The notes: generated by a model from the sequence alone, not told the origin. A DNA stretch of 33,278 bases from a virus (IMGVR_UViG_3300045744_000007:64001-97278); one strand, 5' to 3'; positions 9,101-16,431 are shown, counted from the stretch's first letter. Made by a program: numbers and translations.

Positions 9101-12100
9101 CTCGCAGGGTCTTTCGGCGAGCAACAAGCGAGCATGGGCTCGGTGGTTCGCTGAGGGTTACCAGATCGGTGTTGACCGGCTCTCGCTGTACGCGAAGAAG
9201 AACGTCGAGGATGGGAACTTCTACTCCGAGCCGATCGTGCCGCCCAAGCCGATCGTGGGGGCTGGCGAGTCGGTCGAGATCGACCCGGAGTGGAAGAGCT
9301 TCAACATCGGCCTGAACCGGGCCACGAACCTCACCCCGGCGCAGCTCAACGCCTACCTGGCGCAGATCTTCACCCCGGACACCCGGAAGGCTGTCACCAC
9401 CAAGCTCTCGGTGGACCAGAAGCAGGCCATCGTCCAGCTTCACTACCTCTCGACGCTGCCCAAGCTCAAGGGCGCGCACAAGGACCCGGAAGTTGCGGCG
9501 TCGGAGTTCAACGCGATCAAGAAGCAGATCGCGGAGCAGGCTCCGGGCTATAGCAACGCCGGGTGGAACTCGGAGAACTGGCAGTTCGACCTCCCCGCTT
9601 TCCCGGCCAAGAACAGTACGTTCGAGATCGAGCCCGCCTCGGCCGGAGTGGCGAAGCTGGGGGGAACGCAGTCCAAGTTCTTCGTCCTGGACGACGAGGG
9701 CAACCGGTGGCTGTTCAAGCCGTTCGCTGAGTCGTGGCGCTCCAAGGTGTCGCACGGTGCGCATATGGCGGGGAAGTTCTTCGGCTTCACGCACGCCACT
9801 TCGCAGACCGTCACGATCGATGGGAAGTTCGGCCACCTTCAGTCGGTGCTCGATGCCTCGGACATCGGCCCCGCGTCTTCCCTCACTGACTCGCAGCTTG
9901 CCGACGTCGCGCGTGAGCACCTGTTCGACTGGCTGACGGGGAACGACGACGCGCACAAGGCGAACTTCATGGTCCTTCCTTCGGGGAAGGTCGTCGGGAT
10001 CGACAAGGACCGCGCGTGGGGTCCGGGGTTCGGGAAGTACGCCCTCAAGCCGGGGGCGCTGAGCCACCAGAGCCACGTCTACTACGAGGATCTGTACGCC
10101 GACGTGATGTCGGGGAAGATCTCGGCTGGGCAGGCTCAGGCGCTCTACAAGGCCGTGATGAGCCGGGCCAAGATGATGCAGGCTCGGCCCGACGATGGCT
10201 ACCGGGCGATCCTGGAGGAGGCTTTCTCCGGGGATGGCTACCCGCTGAGTGGCGCGTCTCGGTCGGCACTGATCGAGAAGGCCCTGGCTCGGAAGAACTC
10301 GCTGGTCGATGACTTCGAGGAGCTGTGGTCGGGGATCCTGGCGAAGGCCGGGGTCGAGAAGCCAGAACCCTCCACTCAGATCGCTCCGCACATCCACACC
10401 GGGGCGACGGGTGAGCTGTTCGAGGACGTCGAGAAGGCTGGGGCGGTCGGGCACTCGACCTTCTACCACTCGACGGACCTGGAGGACTCGCACTTCATCC
10501 TTCAGTCGGTCAAGACGCCGCAGGGTAAGCTCCTGGTCGGTCAGGGGCAGCTCCTGGAGTCGGGCGACGCCAAGCTCTCGAAGTTTCTCGCCTCGAAGTT
10601 CACCGGGGTCACGCTCGGTGCGTCTGCTCCCAAGGAGCCGGTGGCCTACACGAAGTTCACGCAGGCGGCCGAGAACCTGGCTCAGCAGGTCTTGCTCGGG
10701 GTCAAGACGATCAGCCACCACGCCAAGGACGGGCAGTACAACACGTCCAGCGTGGGGGCGATGGAGCTGGCCGAGAAGACCATCAAGGCTGACCTCGACC
10801 TGCTCAAGACCGACGAACCGACGTTCATCTCGACGCACAACCTCAAGAACGAGCCGGAACTCGTGGGCGAGTACCGGGCGATGTACGAGAACTACCTCTC
10901 CTGGATCGAGAAGGCCAAGAGCGCCAAGGCCAACGGGGTCATGGTCGAGGGGATGTTCTCGGCCTACAAGGTCAAGACGACGCCCAAGAAGCCGGAAGCC
11001 GAGACGGTCACGCTCAAGAACGACATCACCGTTCAGAAGCGAGAGACGAAGGTTCTGGGTGGGGAGCACCAGAAGGGTGAGCTGGTCGCCAACAAGCACG
11101 ACGATGACGACCTGAGTGGGGGGCAGAGTGGCTACGAGTACCTGGTCACGCTGCCGTCCGGGACGCGCTTCACCTATCAGCCCTTCGATGACACCTTCGG
11201 GGTCTACACGTCTCAGAAGGGCCGCTTCCGGTTCACCTCGACCGACGCCTCGAACACCGGGGTCGTGACCGAGATCGAAGACCTCCTCCGGCAGGCCGGT
11301 GTTCACCTGGAGGAGGCAGACGAGTCCACCCTCGAGGCGCACTACTGGCGGCACCTGTACTCGGTGATGAAGAACCGGCAGTCCTCGGACAAGACCAAGA
11401 AGGTCGAGGCCGCCTTCAAGACTCACAAGCCCGACTCGGCCGACTCGGTCGGGGAGGAAGTGACCCGGTGGCGCGCGGTCTGGTCGGAGTACGAAGGCTC
11501 TGAGAAGGTGGATTCCTTCGTCGGTCGTCAGGGCTACCTCCCGAAGCTGCGCTCCTACGCGTTCGACTCGGAGGGCAAGCACGGCCGCCCGGTGTGGGAG
11601 CGGTTCGACGCGGACGCGAAGGCGCTCTACGAGAAGGGCAACCCGCTCATTCACGGGCTCGGCTCGAATGGTGGGGCCGCTGCCGCCGCCTACAGTGGTG
11701 GTCTGCTTTCCACCGATGAGCGGCCCCGTGTCCTGGGTAAGTGGATCACGGGGATGTCGTCCTCGCAGGACCAGTCGTATGGCTCGGCCAACTTCGTCTT
11801 TACCCGCCAGAACCACCAGGGCGCGCAGTACATGATGCTGGACCCGATGGCTGGCGCGGCCACGACCACCTACGCCTACACCGACGACAACTACGGAAAC
11901 ATCAAGAGCCGGAAGGGCTACGCGCCGTTCGACTTCAGTGAGCAGACTGCGTTCACCGGTGGAAGCAATGAGATGATGATTAAGTACGGCATCTCGTTCG
12001 TGGATCACCTGCTGCTCCTGGTCATGGACGAACCTGAGCGGTCGCAGGTCATCGAGTATTACAAGAACAAGGGCGTCTACAAGATCCGTGGTGTGGACGT

Positions 12101-12191
12101 CGAGGACGTTTTCGTGACGCACAAGGACGCCGCCAAGGCTGGGCAGGCTGTTCGGGACAGGATGAAGAGTGGCTGGTACCTCAATCACTGA
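6102..12191 (+). CDS. 2029-aa multidomain (polyvalent-type) protein: KEAP-rich repeat region, HipA/PI3K-like kinase domain, C-terminal ART-like domain
   Basis: GAGGAGG SD and strong GC3 bias. Kinase motifs WLFKP (K at 9717), GNDDAHKAN (9939-9965) and GIDKD (D at 10002). ART-like motifs LIHG (11646), GLLST, NFVFTR and SNEMMIK (E at 11970). The ORF is secure; the domain calls are motif-based. Confidence 0.8.
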   Translation: MPPSWSDEPLENWVEIQTPQEDVSLKAYSKKYFESPENKWAKAEFKIINWAEIKETVKEYPSYKNFEESYLTTYLENSKGGKTGSLDKVVGLASAPGGGIPGITDSYWAHRNGKLVKVSKYKTPNPADPNAGTPKLNTGSATTHVAADVPSDATPVGSGGKHVGYIKSSGTSGKVHAWNYKGQELVGEFDKAEAKTLLATIFKSQQTYKNKKAPEHPPVKYVEKMAAQAAKEASPVEALFPPVGSQVTEMATLKSLPIGSVVEHHFKGSTNTWKKIDADIWESDGFKIKSVDLKESMDAGELSLKTIGTKSLIPDEPKKVDAPKAPSVSKPEPKKETPKAEAPKVEAPDKKAESAPAPEKKAEPAPAPEKKAAPAPEFKKETTKTEAPASPAGKVKIGGKEFSADDVKDAISILEKAKGIMVKQPLQKYNNPVWDVDYKALAKEHVPGTNETKPAFIKYLKDQLGKTGDAKKVDAPAPEPKAEPTKVEKIAETAAKPKVEAPKPVDVASFKPGQKLTPEEVKALPIGAKIAFNYAPNHIYEKNAADEWQTPTGVLLGNTVFTAVPSAVSLHSLPGGEKVEEPKVEAPKPAKPGPVTSLTDFMSLPVGTKVTYTSAIISAGPKEFTKTENGWTSPSHSSPLPDSAFAGAIKLGKVAVTGKVEATEVKKVEPTPAPEKVGPKPGDKLTKETFASLPAGAVVANKYSQYKKGPNGGWSNAASAVPQFKISDSAFDNTIANGNLTLHSLPSDAPAPKASPSVGQALTKDDLDALPNGSVVKDPEGISWTKNNKSEWNLSKYVNQISGLPSSSIADHKLTLVSAAPKPGDKLTQETPKAETSKVEAPKPAAPSANAVNWAPVIEGKDFHNLVKSYYSTATELRDTIKEMAAHLGLAGVIGQHMTGTSDRKAWIEAVYKGDLVKAYQIEEAAAKAKGKVHAKAKKHPGAPGNSGNIEVAPAVAGELKAGSPLSGPGVPENLKAALLDTYPSNETVDAVLLAAGMKNSQGLSASNKRAWARWFAEGYQIGVDRLSLYAKKNVEDGNFYSEPIVPPKPIVGAGESVEIDPEWKSFNIGLNRATNLTPAQLNAYLAQIFTPDTRKAVTTKLSVDQKQAIVQLHYLSTLPKLKGAHKDPEVAASEFNAIKKQIAEQAPGYSNAGWNSENWQFDLPAFPAKNSTFEIEPASAGVAKLGGTQSKFFVLDDEGNRWLFKPFAESWRSKVSHGAHMAGKFFGFTHATSQTVTIDGKFGHLQSVLDASDIGPASSLTDSQLADVAREHLFDWLTGNDDAHKANFMVLPSGKVVGIDKDRAWGPGFGKYALKPGALSHQSHVYYEDLYADVMSGKISAGQAQALYKAVMSRAKMMQARPDDGYRAILEEAFSGDGYPLSGASRSALIEKALARKNSLVDDFEELWSGILAKAGVEKPEPSTQIAPHIHTGATGELFEDVEKAGAVGHSTFYHSTDLEDSHFILQSVKTPQGKLLVGQGQLLESGDAKLSKFLASKFTGVTLGASAPKEPVAYTKFTQAAENLAQQVLLGVKTISHHAKDGQYNTSSVGAMELAEKTIKADLDLLKTDEPTFISTHNLKNEPELVGEYRAMYENYLSWIEKAKSAKANGVMVEGMFSAYKVKTTPKKPEAETVTLKNDITVQKRETKVLGGEHQKGELVANKHDDDDLSGGQSGYEYLVTLPSGTRFTYQPFDDTFGVYTSQKGRFRFTSTDASNTGVVTEIEDLLRQAGVHLEEADESTLEAHYWRHLYSVMKNRQSSDKTKKVEAAFKTHKPDSADSVGEEVTRWRAVWSEYEGSEKVDSFVGRQGYLPKLRSYAFDSEGKHGRPVWERFDADAKALYEKGNPLIHGLGSNGGAAAAAYSGGLLSTDERPRVLGKWITGMSSSQDQSYGSANFVFTRQNHQGAQYMMLDPMAGAATTTYAYTDDNYGNIKSRKGYAPFDFSEQTAFTGGSNEMMIKYGISFVDHLLLLVMDEPERSQVIEYYKNKGVYKIRGVDVEDVFVTHKDAAKAGQAVRDRMKSGWYLNH
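6822..8650 (+). repeat. Five divergent ~65-aa modules (G..LT...L.xLP.G..V...w.K....W) separated by Lys/Glu/Ala/Pro linkers
   Basis: Modules start near 6822, 7629, 7872, 8139 and 8370; the linker DNA AAGGTCGAGGCTCCG recurs near 7128, 7593, 7848 and 8613. Confidence 0.75.
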
Positions 12192-12528
12192 GTGGCAGGA
12201 GCGCTTCGATTCCGATTTCCCCAACGGCCTAGTGGTCTACTACGGGAATCCGGAGATCGGCGTTCCGGTGTCGGCCCTGCACGTCGTGGGGCTCAAGAGT
12301 GGTCGGCCCGTGGTGGCATTTGCAGACCTCGGGGGCCAGAAGAGCTGGTCTGACGTCCTGCTGACCTACAACGAGACGCAGAGCGAGCCTGTGCGTCTCG
12401 TGGAGGCTTCCGGGAGAGACCTGGGGACCCTCACCTTCAGTGGGAACCTCAAGGGCGAGCTGGCGAAGCGCGCCGGGGAGACGCGGGACTCCGAGAGGAA
12501 GTACCTGACGGGTCTGGGAGGGGCGTGA
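12169..12528 (+). CDS. Hypothetical protein (119 aa) overlapping the giant gene's 3' end
   Basis: High-GC3 ORF; start codon uncertain (GTG 12169). Confidence 0.65.
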   Translation: MAGTSITEWQERFDSDFPNGLVVYYGNPEIGVPVSALHVVGLKSGRPVVAFADLGGQKSWSDVLLTYNETQSEPVRLVEASGRDLGTLTFSGNLKGELAKRAGETRDSERKYLTGLGGA

Positions 12529-12794
12529 TGGCGAAAGCGCTCCTTCACCAGGATCCGCAGACCCACAAGCTCCTCGGGGTGTGGACGGACAAGAACAAGG
12601 CGTACTACAAGGGAGCCTCTCCTCTAGCGCGTCTGACCGGTCGTAGAGCGATGGACGACTGGATCGGGGGCTCATGGGATGAGTGGGTCGAGAGGCTGGT
12701 CGGGCGCAATCCCGGGGAGATCTCCTGGGAAAGCGTGGAAGTGGAGAAGAGCGAGACTCCCAAGGCCGTCTTTGAGAGGCTGACCGGCTCTTAG
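12525..12794 (+). CDS. Hypothetical protein (~88 aa)
   Basis: GGAGGGG SD; GTGATG overlaps the upstream stop. Confidence 0.7.
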   Translation: MMAKALLHQDPQTHKLLGVWTDKNKAYYKGASPLARLTGRRAMDDWIGGSWDEWVERLVGRNPGEISWESVEVEKSETPKAVFERLTGS

Positions 12795-12833
12795 ACCGGG
12801 AGGTTGCTCAGACCTATAACCGATGGTCTGAGC

Positions 12834-13898
12834 GTGTCTGAGTTCGGGAGCGTTGTAGTTCCGAGTCGCGAGAGCGACTTCGTTGAGCTGGCACGCACGC
12901 CTTCGGGACGGATGTTCCGGAAGCACATTCTGAACAAGGGTCCGCTGATCCACCCCAAGACTGGGGCCAGGATCGATATCGATGACGAGTTCGTGCGGGC
13001 TCTCAAGACGAACTTCGAGAACCAGGTCTGCGACATCGTGCAGGTGCCGAAGGCCGGTCCGAACAACGAGCACACCGAGGATCCCGATCGCAATATCGGG
13101 GAGGTCATCGGGATCGAAGAGCGGGCAGGGAAGGTCTATGCCCTGATCGATGCTCGTTCCGACTCTGACGCCGACAAGCTGGGGAAGACTCTCCTCGGTG
13201 CGTCGGCGCAGATGCATCTCAACTACACGGACACCCGGACGGGGAAGCGGGTGGGTCCGACCCTGCTTCACGTCGCGGTGACGAATCGGCCGTACGTCCT
13301 CGGTCTGGAGGACTACGAAGAGCTGGTCGCTGCCTCAGCCGAAGGCTCGGATGAGGTTGTTGTGCTCACTGAAGCCTCGGCAGAGCAGGAAGAGGAGATC
13401 CACCCCATGACCCTGGATGAGCTGAAGGCTCTTCTGAAGGCTGAGCACCAGATCGATCTGGACGCTCTTCAGGCGCAGTCGGCAGAGGTGGCGAAGCTGA
13501 CTTCCTCGCTGGCAGAGGCAGGCGTGCTCAAGCTGAGCAACGGTGAGGTGCTCAACCCCGACGACGTCGTGGGTGCCTTTCAGGAGCTTGCCAACGACAA
13601 CGTCTCGCTCTCCTCGCGGGTGGAGAAGCTGGAGGCGGAGGGCCACGTCGCTGCGGTGAAGGCTCTGGTGGCAGAGGGCCGCATCCTGCCTGCGCAGGAG
13701 TCCGCGATGGTGGAGCTGCGGAAGGCGAACCTCGACCTGTTCGCGAAGCTGGTGCCCGAGAAGCCGCTGGTTCCGCTCAGCAACGAGCTGGGGACCGAGG
13801 GGCTGGAGAAGCCGGGCGAGTCGCAGGAGCTGGACATCGACGCCGAGATCGCGCGCCTGACCGCGACCGGTGGCCCTGCTTCGAACTACATCCGCTGA
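12834..13898 (+). CDS. Capsid maturation protease (Mu gpI-like) with C-terminal scaffolding region
   Basis: PTLLHVAVTNRPYVLGL motif of the Mu-like protease; acidic helical C-terminal half; upstream of decoration and capsid genes. Start taken at GTG 12834; TTG 12804 is also in frame. Confidence 0.85.
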   Translation: MSEFGSVVVPSRESDFVELARTPSGRMFRKHILNKGPLIHPKTGARIDIDDEFVRALKTNFENQVCDIVQVPKAGPNNEHTEDPDRNIGEVIGIEERAGKVYALIDARSDSDADKLGKTLLGASAQMHLNYTDTRTGKRVGPTLLHVAVTNRPYVLGLEDYEELVAASAEGSDEVVVLTEASAEQEEEIHPMTLDELKALLKAEHQIDLDALQAQSAEVAKLTSSLAEAGVLKLSNGEVLNPDDVVGAFQELANDNVSLSSRVEKLEAEGHVAAVKALVAEGRILPAQESAMVELRKANLDLFAKLVPEKPLVPLSNELGTEGLEKPGESQELDIDAEIARLTATGGPASNYIR

Positions 13899-13948
13899 GA
13901 GCTGCTGGACAGCCGGGACTGACCGCTCACGGGAAAAGGACGAGATAG

Positions 13949-14353
13949 ATGGCTGTGGAGTACCCGGGCAACGTCATCCCGGCACCGAAGTACAGCAAGG
14001 GCAACTACTCGCTCGATGACGAACTCATGTACTCGATGGTCGGGTACACCCAGAAGGGTGTGACCCTGGCCCCGGGGCAGGGGATTCTCCCGCTGGGCAC
14101 CGTCATGGGTCGGGTGACCTCCACGAAGCTCTGGAAGGTCTACAACAACTCCGCATCGGATGGGACCGAGGTCGCTCGGGGCATCCTGCGGCAGACGGTG
14201 GACACCGGTACCTCCACGGGTGCCGACAAGCTTCAGGGCAACATCGTGATCGCGGGGATCGTGAAGAACTCGAAGGTCTCGGGGGCTGACTCTGCTGCCC
14301 TGACCGACCTGAACGCTCGTACCGACACGGTGCTCGACACCTTCAGCTTCTAG
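13949..14353 (+). CDS. Head decoration protein (lambda gpD/HDPD-like)
   Basis: GVTLAPGQGILPLGTVMG...YNNSASDGTEVARGIL pattern; lies between protease and MCP. Confidence 0.85.
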   Translation: MAVEYPGNVIPAPKYSKGNYSLDDELMYSMVGYTQKGVTLAPGQGILPLGTVMGRVTSTKLWKVYNNSASDGTEVARGILRQTVDTGTSTGADKLQGNIVIAGIVKNSKVSGADSAALTDLNARTDTVLDTFSF

Positions 14354-14460
14354 TTCGTGGCACCACAGGCCAGCCGGATGTTCCCAAGGGAAGGCGCAGG
14401 CCGGTCCTACATGAGTAGGGCGCTGACTCCAAGCAGATCGGGCGCAGACAAGGAGATGAC

Positions 14461-15510
14461 ATGCCCGACATTCCCTTGCTGAACCCGGTGGTTCTGCGTG
14501 GGGTCATCGAGAAGTTCACCGCCCCCGAGGCGCTGATCATGCTCAACCGCGCCCCTACGACTCCGTGGCCCTTCCCGTCTGCGACCTGGGACGTGATCCG
14601 GGGCTCGCGTGCCGTCGCGAAGCCGAACGTGCCGAACTCCGAGGCTCACATCGTGCCCCGGCTCGGCCGGAGCCAGGAGTCGGCAGCCTTCATCTACCTG
14701 CGGGAGAAGAAGGTCTTCGAGCCGACGACCCTTCACTGGCTGCGTGCTCCGGGCCAGCTCGCGGCGAAGAACGCCGAGGCTGCTGTTCTGCGTGAGATCG
14801 GGGACCTGAACACCCGGTTCGACAACTTCGCAGAGTGGTGTCTCTGGAAAATGTTTACCGGAAATCTGGTTCTGGATTACCCGGACGTTCAGGCGAACAT
14901 CGACTACCAGCTCCCGGCCAGCCACAAGCCGACCTCGGTCGCGACTTCCTGGGCGACCGCGACGCCGCAGCAGATCGTGGCGAACATCCGGGCGTGGAAG
15001 CGGCTCATCAACCGGGATGGTCGTGTCCCGGCTCGTGAGGCGTTCTGCACCGAGCCGACCGTGTCCTACATCTTCGACTCGTTCGCCTCGACGGGTGCTT
15101 CCAACTTCTATGGTGGGACCCTGCTGTCCGACCGGATGAAGGACAGCTACTACGCCAATGGTGTGCTCCCGGCGTTCATGGGCCTGGACTGGACCATCAC
15201 CGAGACGGTCTACGACTCGGCTGGCGCGGCATACACCTCGACGCCCACGGACCCGGGTGCCGAGACGCTGTTCAACCCGGACAATGCCCTTCTCATCGGC
15301 AATTTCACCGAGAACCGGCCATTCGAATTGATGATTGGCCCGACTGCTGACGATGAGGCTCCGGAAGGATTTACCGGAAAGTATTCCAAGACCTGGAAAG
15401 ACAAGGATCCCTCGGCTCGCCAGTACCTGCTCGAATGGATCTTTTTGCCCATCATGACCAGACCGGAGCAATTCGTCTATGTTGCGGATGTTACGGACAC
15501 CACGCCGTAA
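14461..15510 (+). CDS. Major capsid protein (lambda gpE-like)
   Basis: 349 aa after the decoration gene; AAGGAG SD; gpE-like features (WDVIRGSRAVAKPNVPNSEA, C-terminal SKTWKDKDPSARQYLLEWIFLP). Confidence 0.9.
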   Translation: MPDIPLLNPVVLRGVIEKFTAPEALIMLNRAPTTPWPFPSATWDVIRGSRAVAKPNVPNSEAHIVPRLGRSQESAAFIYLREKKVFEPTTLHWLRAPGQLAAKNAEAAVLREIGDLNTRFDNFAEWCLWKMFTGNLVLDYPDVQANIDYQLPASHKPTSVATSWATATPQQIVANIRAWKRLINRDGRVPAREAFCTEPTVSYIFDSFASTGASNFYGGTLLSDRMKDSYYANGVLPAFMGLDWTITETVYDSAGAAYTSTPTDPGAETLFNPDNALLIGNFTENRPFELMIGPTADDEAPEGFTGKYSKTWKDKDPSARQYLLEWIFLPIMTRPEQFVYVADVTDTTP

Positions 15511-15536
15511 CCCGGACATCTGGCTCAGATGAGCAA

Positions 15537-15573
15537 GGAAGCCCCCAGGCTGTAGTTATGTCTGGGGGCTTCC
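15537..15573 (+). terminator. 12-bp perfect hairpin after the MCP gene (terminator/attenuator candidate)
   Basis: GGAAGCCCCCAG-N13-CTGGGGGCTTCC; no U-tract. Confidence 0.6.
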
Positions 15574-15580
15574 CCCGTAT

Positions 15581-16036
15581 GTGTGTGCTGTGAAGCACTG
15601 TCGAAGATGTGATGAGACCAAGCCGTTCTCCGAGTTCTACTGGGACTCGACAAACCAGTGTTATTTCTCGCTGTGTCGTCGTTGTAAGCGACAGGAGTCT
15701 CTTAACTACGCCAAGACCGATGCCGGGAAGGCTGTTCGTTTCAAGGCTCGACTGAAGCATCTCTACAAACTCAGTCTTGAGCAGTACGAAGAGCTGGTCG
15801 AGAGGCAGCAGGGTGTCTGCGCGCTCTGTGGATCTGAGCCTGTTCACTGGCGACGTCTGTCGGTCGATCACGACCATCGATGCTGTCCTTCGGCGAGTAA
15901 GTCGTGTGGGAAGTGTGTGCGAGCCCTGCTCTGCCTGAAGTGCAACAACGGGGTTGGCTGGCTGGAGAATCTCGGAGTCGATCTGGTGCTTGCGTACTTG
16001 GATCAGCGGGCGTTCGACTGGGAGGAGGCGAAGTGA
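15581..16036 (+). CDS. Free-standing endonuclease VII-family (His-Me finger) nuclease with N-terminal Zn-binding domain
   Basis: CxxC...CxxC N-terminus; LSLEQYEELVERQQGVCALC...LSVDHDH...VRALLCLKCNNGVG; visibly AT-richer than its neighbours. Start may be GTG 15590. Confidence 0.9.
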   Translation: MCAVKHCRRCDETKPFSEFYWDSTNQCYFSLCRRCKRQESLNYAKTDAGKAVRFKARLKHLYKLSLEQYEELVERQQGVCALCGSEPVHWRRLSVDHDHRCCPSASKSCGKCVRALLCLKCNNGVGWLENLGVDLVLAYLDQRAFDWEEAK

Positions 16037-16311
16037 GTCTGGGCACTGTCGTTGTTGACGAGCTGATTCTCCTGATTCAGCGCATCGAGCTGCGCGAGGG
16101 GAAGATGTACTTTGTCGCCTCGTGCTCTGGGCCCTGTACGCTCCCTGGTAGGGGAGGGATGGTCCGAGTGCATGGGCACGACGGCTCGCTGATCTTGACG
16201 GCTCCCTGGCTCAGCACCGCCGGTCCGTTGGCTGCCGAGGAGGACCACTCGATTACGGTCTATGTCCCGGTCGGGTTCTCCGGCCCCCTGGCAGACGCTT
16301 CGTGTGCCTGA
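16033..16311 (+). CDS. Hypothetical protein (92 aa)
   Basis: GGAGGAGG SD; GTGA overlap with the endonuclease stop. Confidence 0.65.
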   Translation: MSLGTVVVDELILLIQRIELREGKMYFVASCSGPCTLPGRGGMVRVHGHDGSLILTAPWLSTAGPLAAEEDHSITVYVPVGFSGPLADASCA

Positions 16312-16431
16312 TCGCGTGCGACCTCGACTGCACGGCTGCGTGCCACGAGGAGCACATTCCGACCTGGAAGCGTGAGGGCTGTCCTCAGTGTGAGCAGGCA
16401 TACTCCGAGCCCGATTCTGTAGTTTCTCGGC

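Noticed and set aside
6867-12224. 1785-aa minus-strand ORF, and similar long ORFs at 23212-26589, 3167-4387 and 1369-2742
   Set aside because: Antisense shadows of high-GC3 genes, where reverse-strand stop codons are rare; no SD, no recognisable motifs, Arg/Leu/Gly-skewed composition.
14354-14460. Superficial resemblance to a c-di-GMP-I riboswitch (GGCGCAGGCCGGTC)
   Set aside because: The GNRA tetraloop and conserved GCAAA elements are missing; kept only as an unclassified structured spacer.
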